This document shows, piece after piece, positions 28,481 to 38,099 of a DNA stretch of 64,000 nucleotides. Made by a program: the position numbers and the translations under genes. The notes beneath the pieces are model-generated. The model saw only the letters and a program-made list of their open reading frames with translations, was not told the origin of the DNA and ran no database searches. Origin of the DNA: an uncultured Alphaproteobacteria bacterium. GTDB lineage: Bacteria > Pseudomonadota > Alphaproteobacteria > M2410. Positions within the stretch are counted from its first letter, which is position 1; every line of letters starts with the position of its first letter. Location: positions 160-64,159 of the forward strand of contig CBFDBJ010000008.1 in assembly GCA_965603015.1 (NCBI GenBank). Direction: 5' to 3'.

Positions 28481-29806
28481 CTAGATCGAGAAGACTGCGA
28501 TGCGGTGCTGGAAGTTATTCAGATACCCCTTGGGGTTCCAGCCTGGCGTGACAGAAGGCTGAGTTCGCCCGTTACTGTCGGTGGCACGAGCCCAGACTTC
28601 GTAATAGCCGACTTTGGGCAGCTTCAGGCTCGCCGACCAGTGTTGCCAGGCATAGCGATTGACGGGTGCCTGGAGGTTGGCTTTTATCCAGGTCTGACCG
28701 AAATCAGCGGAGACCGAGACCTCCGAAACCGACGCATCGCCCGCCCAGGCGTGACCGCGCACATCAAGGGTCTGTCCGTGTTCCAGCCGAACGCCGGTTT
28801 GCGGTGACGTGATCAGGGATTTGACCGGCAGGGTCTCGATGATCTTCATGTCTTCCTTTGGCACTTTTGTGCCGGGGGCAACAGGATAGGCTGGCATCCG
28901 GTAGGCATTGCCGGTCATCTTGGCGCCGTCATGAACCTGGTCGCGCAGTTGAATGCGGTTGATCCATTTTTGTGAGCAGGAGCCGGGCCATCCGGGCACG
29001 ACGAGGCGTAGCGGGTAGCCGTTGAGGACGGGCAGGTCCTCGCCGTTCATTTGCCAGACGATCAGGGAGTGTTCTTCCAGCGCCTTGGCGAGCGGTACGC
29101 CTCTGGATATGGGTCTTTTTTCCGGGTCGCCTGACAGATGGCTGTCGGCGCTGTAGTGGGCGGTGTAGACCGCGCCGGGTTTGACGCCCGCGGCGGCGAG
29201 TACGTCTTTCAGACGCACACCAGTCCACTCGGGGCAGCCAACCGCGCCAAACGACCATTGATTGCCCGATGCGCCAGGGGAATAGAACCGTCTGCCATTG
29301 CCGCCGCACTCGATCTGCAGCTGCAGCGTTACGTTCTCGAAGTTTTTCTTCAGGTCCGCGATGGACAGTTTCAGAGGTGTTTCGACCTCGCCGTCGATTT
29401 CAAGCGTCCATGTCTCCGGATCGAGGTCTTCGATAGCGGGGACCAGACCATTGTTGCGCACGAACAGGCGTTTCGCCGGTGTTATCTTGTCGTCCAGCAA
29501 ATGCGGCGGTGTCTCGCCGTTGAGCGGGCGCTCTGCCAGCAGGGTTAGCCCCTCCTTCTCGTCCCGCCAGATATCAATATCGTCAGCCCATGCTGCAGGG
29601 ATCAGCCCGGCGGGCATATTTTTGGCGAAGGGAACGGGCATGCCCAGGACTGCGGCGGAGCCAAACAGGCCGGACAGGAAGGTTCGGCGGCGCACTGTTG
29701 GCCCGGAGTATTCCCGGGTGTGACTGTCTCGGGCGTCCTTGTCCAAAGGGCCTGTGTCAGAGGCGCTTGTGTCCGGGGTGTTCGAGGTTTTTTCGAGATT
29801 GGTCAT
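28481..29806 (-). CDS. molybdopterin-dependent sulfite dehydrogenase/oxidase family protein (SorA-like), Tat-exported
   Basis: Twin-arginine signal RRRTFLSGLFGSAAVLG, a sulfite-oxidase-fold Moco domain containing the conserved IECGGNGR Cys motif, and a dimerisation domain. The start is set at 29806. Confidence 0.85.
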   Translation of the reverse strand: MTNLEKTSNTPDTSASDTGPLDKDARDSHTREYSGPTVRRRTFLSGLFGSAAVLGMPVPFAKNMPAGLIPAAWADDIDIWRDEKEGLTLLAERPLNGETPPHLLDDKITPAKRLFVRNNGLVPAIEDLDPETWTLEIDGEVETPLKLSIADLKKNFENVTLQLQIECGGNGRRFYSPGASGNQWSFGAVGCPEWTGVRLKDVLAAAGVKPGAVYTAHYSADSHLSGDPEKRPISRGVPLAKALEEHSLIVWQMNGEDLPVLNGYPLRLVVPGWPGSCSQKWINRIQLRDQVHDGAKMTGNAYRMPAYPVAPGTKVPKEDMKIIETLPVKSLITSPQTGVRLEHGQTLDVRGHAWAGDASVSEVSVSADFGQTWIKANLQAPVNRYAWQHWSASLKLPKVGYYEVWARATDSNGRTQPSVTPGWNPKGYLNNFQHRIAVFSI

Positions 29807-30152
29807 GAGCGGACTCCCTGCCGTGAGCAAAGACGCGACCCGGAGCTGACGAATCGATACTTTGCAAAGTGAATCAATAAACGCCAAACGCTACTGCGAC
29901 AGTATGAAGCAGGGGGCGCTGGCAGGCAAGGGTTTCAAGATTCTGGCGAAATCCGGTGCCAGCTCCGGTGGCATGTTTTCAGTCGATGAGTTGGTGTGAG
30001 AGCCGTCTGGAAATGACGCTTGCGCGGATGGTTTATGTACAGGAATACCCAGAAATCGGGGTATGAGCAAAGTCTCACAACCTTTACTACTTATTATCCA
30101 GTGGCATGGATACTACTTTGAATTGTCTATATCGGTCGAGTGATGTGCTTCA

Positions 30153-30863
30153 ATGAGTGAAATTGATTCCGAGATTCTTCTATCCGGACATGGGATAACG
30201 CCCGACAGGTCGATTATCAATCAGCCACACCTGTATCAGTCGATAGAGGCGCTTCTGGTCGCCCAGCGGCTCAGCGATACCTATACTTTTGTTCATCAGG
30301 TCAGGGTGTCGAAAATAGCGGAAAGACTAGGCAGAGATCTGGGCCTCGGTGAATTTGAAATTGAAGGCATCCGCGTTGCCAGCCTGTTGCACGATATTGG
30401 TAAAATTACACTTCCGGCTCAAATATTAAACAAGGTGGGTGGGCTCTCTCAGGAGGAATTTGCGCTGATCAAGACACACGCCAGCAAAGGGGAGGAAATT
30501 TTGAACTTCCTTGAATTTCCATGGCCAGTGCAAAAAATGGTCCTCCAACATCACGAACGCCTGGATGGGAGCGGTTATCCCAATGGAATACCAGGAAGCG
30601 AACAGCTTTTCGGTGCGAAGATAATTGCGGTGGCCGACGTGACCGAAGCGGTCATGACATCGCGGCCCTATCGGGAGAGGCTGGGGCTCGAAGAATTGTA
30701 CGGAATATTGAGTGGCGAAGCGGGAGCGTTGTTTGACTCAGATATCGTTTCATCATTGACCAATCTGTTTGGGAGCAATGATAAAGTACTACTGGAATGC
30801 TTCGATGCAGACGGCATTTTCCGCAATGTGGGGGCGGCGCCGGAGCGATCTGCAAAGGGGTAG
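30153..30863 (+). CDS. standalone HD-GYP domain protein (probable c-di-GMP phosphodiesterase)
   Basis: LLHDIGKI and HHERLDGSGYPNG motifs, with no receiver or sensor domain. The gene is about 47% GC. Confidence 0.85.
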   Translation: MSEIDSEILLSGHGITPDRSIINQPHLYQSIEALLVAQRLSDTYTFVHQVRVSKIAERLGRDLGLGEFEIEGIRVASLLHDIGKITLPAQILNKVGGLSQEEFALIKTHASKGEEILNFLEFPWPVQKMVLQHHERLDGSGYPNGIPGSEQLFGAKIIAVADVTEAVMTSRPYRERLGLEELYGILSGEAGALFDSDIVSSLTNLFGSNDKVLLECFDADGIFRNVGAAPERSAKG

Positions 30864-30984
30864 CGAATACGAAGTCTGACTTGCGCGGCGATCGTATTCC
30901 GGGTACTGATTAGCCTTGTTGGTTTTCCCCGGAGGGCGCATTGTTGGTGGTCCGCGCTCACTTTTGTGAAAGTGTTCGTATCTG

Positions 30985-31761
30985 ATGACGCTAGGGCTTG
31001 CATCGCGCTGGTTTGAGCGAAAGCGCCTGTCGGATGACCTCACTTTGCTGTGGGAGCCCCATGTACACCCGCTGGTGCGCTGCAATATCTGGCATGTGCG
31101 CGGGCGTGACCGGGACATGCTGATTGATACGGGGCTCGGGGCCGCTTCGCTCAGGGAAGAGATCGAGGATCTCATCGACAAACCGTTGGCGGCTGTCGCG
31201 ACACATATCCACTTTGACCATGTTGGTGGTTTGTATGAGTTTGACGAGCGCCTTGTGCATGTTGATGAAGCAGAGGGGATGGCCAGCTATAGCGGCTTTG
31301 CCGGACTGTCGCGTGCGGCGCTTGGCAAAGAGGTTCTGGACGGGCTCAAGGCAGCGGGATATCCGATAGATGATCCCTGGCTGATCGACGCGCTGCCCCA
31401 TGAGGGGTTTTCTCCTGATGATTTTACCATTCGGTCCGCAGCGCCGACGCGTATTGTGGAGGAGGGGGCTGTCGTCGACCTGGGGGACCGCCGGTTCGAG
31501 GTCCTGCATCTTCCCGGACATTCCCCCGGCAGCATCGGCCTCTGGGAGGCGGATACCGGAACGCTGTTTTCTGGCGACGCCATCTACGATGGCCCGCTTC
31601 TCGATGAAGTCAGCGGCTCCCATATCCCCGATTATGTGGCGACCATGAAACGGCTGAGGGCGCTGCCTGTGGCTGTGGTTCACGGCGGCCACGACCCGAG
31701 CTTTGGCCGGACCCGCATGGTTGAGATCTGCGACACCTGGCTTGCACACCGGGATCCGTGA
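30985..31761 (+). CDS. MBL-fold metallo-hydrolase
   Basis: HIHFDHVGG (HxHxDH) and LPGHSPGS motifs with downstream His/Asp ligands. Confidence 0.85.
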   Translation: MTLGLASRWFERKRLSDDLTLLWEPHVHPLVRCNIWHVRGRDRDMLIDTGLGAASLREEIEDLIDKPLAAVATHIHFDHVGGLYEFDERLVHVDEAEGMASYSGFAGLSRAALGKEVLDGLKAAGYPIDDPWLIDALPHEGFSPDDFTIRSAAPTRIVEEGAVVDLGDRRFEVLHLPGHSPGSIGLWEADTGTLFSGDAIYDGPLLDEVSGSHIPDYVATMKRLRALPVAVVHGGHDPSFGRTRMVEICDTWLAHRDP

Positions 31762-31915
31762 ATGGCCGAAACCTCATGAAAAAACCGGTGGCGGGGCCTC
31801 CCCGGGCGCGCTACCATGCCGCCCGGAATAAAGAATGCAACAAGAGAGCGGCGGGTTCTGTACAGTTTTGGTCAGAGCCTGACCGATCCGAACACTCAAT
31901 AAGGGAAGAAATCTC

Positions 31916-33994
31916 ATGACTGCCATTAATGAAGTCACAGACCTTACGGTCGAAGGCGATATTGCTGTCCTAACCCTGAATTCTCCGCCGGTTAATGCGT
32001 TGTCGGCCAATGTGCGCGACGGCATCTACAACGGGATCGAGCAGGCCGTCGGCGATGATGCGGTGAAGGCTGTTGTCCTGATCTGCGACGGACGGACGTT
32101 CATTGCCGGTGCCGATATTACTGAATTTGGCGGCGCACAAAAAGGCGCAAGCCTGTTTGAGGCGCAGGCCATGATCGAGAATGCTTCAAAGCCTGTTGTG
32201 GCTGCGATCCACGGGACGGCGCTTGGCGGCGGTCTCGAAGTGGCGCTGACCTGTCATTACCGGATTGGCGTGCCCTCTGCGAAATGTGGTCTGCCGGAGG
32301 TAAACCTCGGGCTTCTGCCAGGGGCTGGCGGCACCCAGCGCCTGCCGCGTATTGTCGGCGTGGAAAAGGCGCTCGAGTTCATGACCTCGGGCACCCACGT
32401 TCCGGCGAGCGCCTGTCTTGAAATCGGCTTGCTTGATGAAATGGCTACCGAAGGCAATCTGCGCGGTGACGCGATTGCCTTTGCGCAAAAGCTCGTTGCT
32501 GAAGGGCGTCCGCTCAACAAGGTGCGCGATCTCAATGAGAAGGTTGAGGCTGCACGCGGCAAGCCGGAGATCTTTGCAAACTTCCGCAAGTCCATCGCGC
32601 GCAAGACCCGGGGCTTCAAGGCACCTGAAGCGATTATCCAGTGTGTCGAGGCTGCCGTTGATCAAAGCTTTGACGACGGGATCAAGGTTGAACAGTCGCT
32701 GTTCCGCGATCTTGTGACCGGCGATCAGTCTGCCGCCCAGAGACATGTGTTCTTTGCCGAGCGCCAGTGCTGGAAGATCCCTGATGTGCCGAGAGACACG
32801 GCGACGATCCCGGTCAAGAAGGTCGGCATCATTGGTGCCGGTACCATGGGCGGCGGCATTGCGATGAATTTCGCCACCGCCGGTTTTCCGGTCACAATCG
32901 TTGAGACCAAACAGGAAGCGCTGGACCGCGGTCTCGGTGTTGTCCGTGCGAATTATGAGCGCTCTGCCAAGCGGGGACGCTTTACCATGGAGGAAGCCGA
33001 GGCGCGCATCGGGCGGATTACCGGCACGCTCAGTCTTGAAGATCTGGCTGATTGCGATCTGGTCATTGAAGCGGTGTTTGAAAACATGGCGATCAAGAAA
33101 GAGATCTTTGGCAATCTGGACCGTATCGTGAAACAGGGCGCCATTCTTGCCTCCAATACGTCAGCATTGAACATTGACGAGATTGCAACGGCAACCACAC
33201 GGCCCGAAGCGGTTATTGGTCTGCACTTCTTCTCACCGGCCAACGTCATGCGGCTGCTGGAAGTTGTGCGTGCGGATCACACCTCGAAGGAAGTCATCAA
33301 CACCTCGATGCAAATCGCCAAGAAGATCGGCAAGATCGCAGCGCTTGTTGGTGTATGTCCCGGATTTGTTGGCAACCGCATTCTTGGTCGGCGTCAGGCT
33401 ATGGCCCAGCGTCTTATGTTTGAGGGCACGATGCCGTGGGATGTGGACCGGGTGCTGTTCGGATTTGGTTTCCCGATGGGGCCATTTGCCATGTCGGATC
33501 TTGCCGGGCTTGATATCGGCTGGAATAAGGAAGCTTCTAAAGGTGAAACGATCCGTGACGTGCTTTGCGAAATGGATCGCCGGGGCCAAAAGACCAGTGC
33601 GGGTTATTATGACTATGACGACAACCGCGTCGCCAGCCCGTCACCTGTGACCGAAAAAATCATCAATGAGTTTGTCGACAAGTCAGGCATAAACAAGCGC
33701 AGCTATACGGATGAAGAAATCCTCCAGCGCTGCCTCTTCCCGATGATCAATGAAGGCGCGAAACTGCTGGAAGAAGGTATGGCTATTCGTTCTTCGGACA
33801 TCGATATCGTCTGGATTAACGGCTACGGCTGGCCGGCCTATCGCGGCGGCCCGATGTTCTATGGCGATCTCGTCGGTCTCGACAAGGTGCTGGCAGGCAT
33901 GAAGGAGCTCGAAGCCGAACTTGGCGAGGAGTTCAAACCTGCTGCCCTGCTTGAGAAACTTGTCGCAGAAGGCAAGAAGTTCAGCGAGATTTGA
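31916..33994 (+). CDS. bifunctional enoyl-CoA hydratase / 3-hydroxyacyl-CoA dehydrogenase (FadB/FadJ-like)
   Basis: 692-aa ORF. An N-terminal crotonase fold (FIAGADI, GGGLE) is followed by an NAD-binding [13 protein letters not shown] segment and 3HCDH C-terminal domains. Confidence 0.9.
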   Translation: MTAINEVTDLTVEGDIAVLTLNSPPVNALSANVRDGIYNGIEQAVGDDAVKAVVLICDGRTFIAGADITEFGGAQKGASLFEAQAMIENASKPVVAAIHGTALGGGLEVALTCHYRIGVPSAKCGLPEVNLGLLPGAGGTQRLPRIVGVEKALEFMTSGTHVPASACLEIGLLDEMATEGNLRGDAIAFAQKLVAEGRPLNKVRDLNEKVEAARGKPEIFANFRKSIARKTRGFKAPEAIIQCVEAAVDQSFDDGIKVEQSLFRDLVTGDQSAAQRHVFFAERQCWKIPDVPRDTATIPVKKVGIIGAGTMGGGIAMNFATAGFPVTIVETKQEALDRGLGVVRANYERSAKRGRFTMEEAEARIGRITGTLSLEDLADCDLVIEAVFENMAIKKEIFGNLDRIVKQGAILASNTSALNIDEIATATTRPEAVIGLHFFSPANVMRLLEVVRADHTSKEVINTSMQIAKKIGKIAALVGVCPGFVGNRILGRRQAMAQRLMFEGTMPWDVDRVLFGFGFPMGPFAMSDLAGLDIGWNKEASKGETIRDVLCEMDRRGQKTSAGYYDYDDNRVASPSPVTEKIINEFVDKSGINKRSYTDEEILQRCLFPMINEGAKLLEEGMAIRSSDIDIVWINGYGWPAYRGGPMFYGDLVGLDKVLAGMKELEAELGEEFKPAALLEKLVAEGKKFSEI

Positions 33995-34043
33995 CGTCTT
34001 TGGAACTCCCCTCTCCCCCTGCAGGGGGGGAGGGTGAGCGCTG

Positions 34044-35888
34044 ATGCCTGCCACTGTTAATCCTGCCACTCTCTCGGAGATGCAAATGGCCATTCTTCTG
34101 AAATCAAGGATACCTGGGTTTCTGTCATTCGTATCTGCCTTGTTTGCTTTCGCCATTCTGGCCGCCTGTTCCGATGCCGGGCAGGATCCACAGTCGGCAA
34201 CGCCGGGCCAGGTTCACGTCTATGTGGCGAAGAAGATCATCACCATGGAACCGGCCATGCCGGAGGCGAAAGTCGTCGCCATCAGGGACGGGCGCATCCT
34301 GGGTGTTGGTCGGACGTTGAAAGACGTGGAGCCGTGGTTCCGCGGTCAACCCCACGTCATCGACCGGGGGTTTGCTGGCAAGATCCTGATGCCGGGTTTT
34401 ATTGACCCCCATCTTCATCCCATCATGGGTGCGGTTCTTCTGCCTACAGAATTTATCACACCGGAAGACTGGGATCTGCCGGGCGGGCATGTGACCGGAT
34501 TGCGTACACAGGAGGCTTATCGCGCACGGCTCGCTGAAACTGTGGCGGCGAGCGAGGGTCCTGCCGACAAAGCCTTTATCACCTGGGGCTACCACCAGCT
34601 CTGGCACGGGGATCTGACCCGCGCCGACCTTGATGCCATCGAACGGGTCCGACCGGTTATTGTCTGGCAGCGCTCCTTTCACGAGATCATCGCCAATACT
34701 GCGGCCATGGAAATGATGGGCTTTGCGCGCGAAGAGGATCTTGCCCCGTTCCTGCAAATTCCGGGCGTCGATCCGCATCATATCAATTTTACAGACGGCC
34801 ATTTCATGGAAACCGGGCTGGTTGCGGCGCTTGCCAAATTGCGGCCCACTATCCTGGCACCTGATCATCTGGGTGAGGGTTTCTCCATCATGCAAACCAT
34901 GCTCCTCAATGCCGGTGTGACCACCATCGCCGATATGGCGACCGGCATCTTTGCCGACTTTGCGACCGAAGCGGCGATGATGGAAAATGCGTTTGAGAAA
35001 CCCGGGGCGCCGGTCCGCATCCTTATGGTGCCGCTTGCCAAATCGCTTCTCATGGCTGAGGGGGATTTTGCAAAGGCCGACAGTTTTATTCGCGCGCAGG
35101 AAGAGAAATACGAAGGCCGCCGCCTGTTCATGAACAACCGGATCAAGCTTATTGCCGATGGTGCGTTCTTTTCGCAGTTCATGCGGATGAACCCGCCGGG
35201 CTACACAGATGGCCATGAGGGCAAATGGATTACCGAACCAGATGACTTGCGGGCGATGGCCAGTGATTTCTGGGACGCAGGCTACAAGATCCACACTCAC
35301 GTCAATGGCGACGAAGGCCTTGATGTCGTGTTGGATATTCTGGAAGATCTGCAGCTTGAAACGCCGCGACCCGATCACCGCTTTACGATGGAGCATCTGG
35401 GTTATTCCACCGAAAGCCAGAACCGGCGGCTCGCCGAACTGGGAGCGCTGGTTTCAGCGCAGCCCAATTATGTCTATGTGTTGAGCGATGCCTACGCCCG
35501 GGAGGGCTTGAGCCATGATCGGGCGTCGCAAATCTCGCGGCTCGGTTCGCTTGAACGTCTCGATGTGCCGGTGGCGCTTCATTCCGATCTCACCATGGCG
35601 CCGGCCCAGCCGCTGTTTCTTGCCTGGCTTGCCGCCAACCGGCGCAATATGGAAGGCGATGTCATGGCGCCGAACGAACGCATCAGTCTCGACAAGGCGC
35701 TGCGGGCGATTACTATCGATGCGGCCTATGTTCTGGGGCTCGAAAACGAGATCGGTTCGATTGCGGCAGGCAAGCGCGCCGACTTCGCTGTGCTGGAGGA
35801 AGATCCGATACAGCTGGGTGCCAAGGGGCTGAAAGATGTGCCGGTTTGGGGTGTTGTCTTTGAAGGCGAAGTGCACCCGAGGAAATAA
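34044..35888 (+). CDS. amidohydrolase-3 family metal-dependent hydrolase, probable lipoprotein
   Basis: Lipobox ILAAC after a hydrophobic leader, a GFIDPHLHP metal-binding motif and a C-terminal HSD. The start is uncertain (34044, 34080 or 34086). Confidence 0.8.
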   Translation: MPATVNPATLSEMQMAILLKSRIPGFLSFVSALFAFAILAACSDAGQDPQSATPGQVHVYVAKKIITMEPAMPEAKVVAIRDGRILGVGRTLKDVEPWFRGQPHVIDRGFAGKILMPGFIDPHLHPIMGAVLLPTEFITPEDWDLPGGHVTGLRTQEAYRARLAETVAASEGPADKAFITWGYHQLWHGDLTRADLDAIERVRPVIVWQRSFHEIIANTAAMEMMGFAREEDLAPFLQIPGVDPHHINFTDGHFMETGLVAALAKLRPTILAPDHLGEGFSIMQTMLLNAGVTTIADMATGIFADFATEAAMMENAFEKPGAPVRILMVPLAKSLLMAEGDFAKADSFIRAQEEKYEGRRLFMNNRIKLIADGAFFSQFMRMNPPGYTDGHEGKWITEPDDLRAMASDFWDAGYKIHTHVNGDEGLDVVLDILEDLQLETPRPDHRFTMEHLGYSTESQNRRLAELGALVSAQPNYVYVLSDAYAREGLSHDRASQISRLGSLERLDVPVALHSDLTMAPAQPLFLAWLAANRRNMEGDVMAPNERISLDKALRAITIDAAYVLGLENEIGSIAAGKRADFAVLEEDPIQLGAKGLKDVPVWGVVFEGEVHPRK

Positions 35889-35925
35889 CGTCTACCCAAT
35901 AATAAAAACAAATGAAGAGAGATAT

Positions 35926-37002
35926 ATGACCGACCTGTTCGAGCCGATGACATTTGCCCGCGGACCCGCAATGAAAAACCGCTTTATGCTGGCGCCGCTG
36001 ACCAACACGCAATCCCATGAAGACGGCACCTTGTCCGATGATGAATATCACTGGCTGACCATGCGCGCCGAGGGCGGCTTTGGGCTCACCATGACCTGTG
36101 CCTCCCATGTGCAGAAGGTCGGGCAGGGCTTTCCGGGCCAGCTTGGTATTTTTGACGACCGGCACTTGCCGGGGCTCACGCGGCTGGCCGAGGGTATCAA
36201 AGACCAGGGCAGCGTGTCGGCGGTGCAGCTGCACCATGCGGGCATGCGCACGCCGCACGAATTGATTGATGAAAAGCCTGTCTGTCCCTCGGACGATGAC
36301 GAGACCGGAGCGCGCGCGCTTTCAACGGCGGAAGTGGAGCAACTGACAGAGGATTTCATTGCCGCCGCCGTTCGGGCTGAAAAGGCGGGCTTTGAGAGTG
36401 CGGAGCTTCACGGCGCACACGGGTACATCCTGTGCCAGTTCCTGAGTGCGGAAATCAACCGGCGCGATGACCAATATGGCGGCTCACTTGAAAACCGCTC
36501 ACGGATTATTTTTGATATTATTGCCGGTATTCGAGAGCGCTGCGGAGCTGATTTCAATCTTGGCATTCGCCTGTCGCCGGAACGTTTCGGCATGAAGCTG
36601 GCTGAGGTTGTGGAAGTCACGCAGCGACTTATGAAGGAAGGCGCGGTCGATTACATCGACATGTCGCTCTGGGATGTGTTCAAGGAGCCCGAAGAGACAG
36701 AGTTCAAGGGCCGCAGCCTGATGTCATATTTCACCGAGCTTGATCGCGGCAACGTCCGCCTTGGCGTGGCGGGCAAAGTGCGCGCGCCTGCCGACGCGGT
36801 GCGGTGTCTGGAAGACGGCGTGGACTATGTGCTGCTTGGCCGGGCCGCGATCCTGCATCACGATTTTCCGAACAAGATGAAGGCCGACCCGGATTTCACG
36901 CCGGTGCGTAACCCCGTGACAGCGGATTACCTGCGTTCAGAAGGCCTGAGCGATGCCTTCATCACATATATGAGTGCCTGGAAGGGCTTTGTTGAAGGTT
37001 GA
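35926..37002 (+). CDS. NADH:flavin oxidoreductase (Old Yellow Enzyme family)
   Basis: NRFMLAPLTN, QLHHAG and HGAHGYIL motifs. The start is set at the ATG at 35926. Confidence 0.85.
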   Translation: MTDLFEPMTFARGPAMKNRFMLAPLTNTQSHEDGTLSDDEYHWLTMRAEGGFGLTMTCASHVQKVGQGFPGQLGIFDDRHLPGLTRLAEGIKDQGSVSAVQLHHAGMRTPHELIDEKPVCPSDDDETGARALSTAEVEQLTEDFIAAAVRAEKAGFESAELHGAHGYILCQFLSAEINRRDDQYGGSLENRSRIIFDIIAGIRERCGADFNLGIRLSPERFGMKLAEVVEVTQRLMKEGAVDYIDMSLWDVFKEPEETEFKGRSLMSYFTELDRGNVRLGVAGKVRAPADAVRCLEDGVDYVLLGRAAILHHDFPNKMKADPDFTPVRNPVTADYLRSEGLSDAFITYMSAWKGFVEG

Positions 37003-37027
37003 GAGTTTCGTTAAGGGAGAGCGGAAG

Positions 37028-37801
37028 ATGAGTACAGATAGCGATATTCTGTTGATTGAAAAACGTGGTGCTGTCGAGTGGGTGACGCTCAACCGGCCGG
37101 AGCGGCTTAATGCGTTGAGCCGCGACATGGTTCGTTGTTTACGTGAGTATTTCGAAGCCAAATACCGTGACGACGAAACAAGGGTCATTGTCCTGAAAGC
37201 CAATGGCCGGGCTTTTTGCGCCGGGCTGGATCTGAAGGAAAGTGATGGCAGTGGCGATGGTACTGTTGAGTCAGGGATGCAAGGCCAAAGGAATATTCAG
37301 GATATTTACAAGGCCATGCGGCGCTGTCCTCAGCCGATCATCAGCCTTGTTCAGGGCGCGGCTTGCGGCGGGGGCATGTCGCTCGCGCTGGCGTCGGATA
37401 TTCGTATCCTCGGCGAGTCGGCAAAGCTCAATGCGGCTTATCTCACCATTGGAACGACGGGCTGTGATATGGGGGCGAGCTATTTCCTGCCCCGGCTGGT
37501 CGGCCTTTCTCTGGCCTCGGAACTCCTGCTGACCGGACGCTTCATCCATGCCGAGGAGGCGATCCAGCACCGGCTTGCGTCGCGGATGGTTCCCGACGGC
37601 GAACTGGAAAGCGCGGCTGATGATCTCATCAAGGCGATGCTGGCGGCGACCGGGTTTGGCTTGCGTATGACCAAGGATGCGCTCAATTTCTCCGTCGATG
37701 CCCAAAGTATGGAAGCTGCCATGGCAATGGAGGACCGGCAGCAGATTCTGGCGGTTATGAGCGGCGAGCTGGCGGAGCGGCGGAAAAAGTTTTTGCGCTG
37801 A
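37028..37801 (+). CDS. enoyl-CoA hydratase/isomerase family protein
   Basis: VTLNRPERLNAL, FCAGLDL and GAACGGG crotonase motifs. The start is set at the ATG at 37028 behind a GGGAGAG RBS. Confidence 0.85.
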   Translation: MSTDSDILLIEKRGAVEWVTLNRPERLNALSRDMVRCLREYFEAKYRDDETRVIVLKANGRAFCAGLDLKESDGSGDGTVESGMQGQRNIQDIYKAMRRCPQPIISLVQGAACGGGMSLALASDIRILGESAKLNAAYLTIGTTGCDMGASYFLPRLVGLSLASELLLTGRFIHAEEAIQHRLASRMVPDGELESAADDLIKAMLAATGFGLRMTKDALNFSVDAQSMEAAMAMEDRQQILAVMSGELAERRKKFLR

Positions 37802-38099
37802 ATCGGCGAGGTGAATTCTGGAAAGTCCGGTCGCCTCAACGCGCAATGACCAGTCGATTTTCGACGCTGATGTTAACCTTTTCCCTGCGGTTCTCTTGGT
37901 CTAACAGCTTGTCCGGAAAGGTTCCGGGCTGTCAAATCCCACAGAAAATGTAAGGACTTGTGCGGGTTGTTATATTCTTGCCCGTATCTGAAGGGTTGTG
38001 TTTTACCAAAACTCTTGTTGCGATTATCTCGCAATTAACTCTTTTGGTGTTTTGTAGGCCCGGTAATTTGGAACTACTGAACGAGAGACGGGGACTACT

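Noticed and set aside
34003-34033. A C-run/G-run hairpin (cccctctccccctgcagggggggaggg) after the fadB-like gene, considered as another repeat family
   Set aside because: Only one copy lies in the window, the stem is imperfect and no T-run follows. That is insufficient evidence for a repeat family or a terminator.
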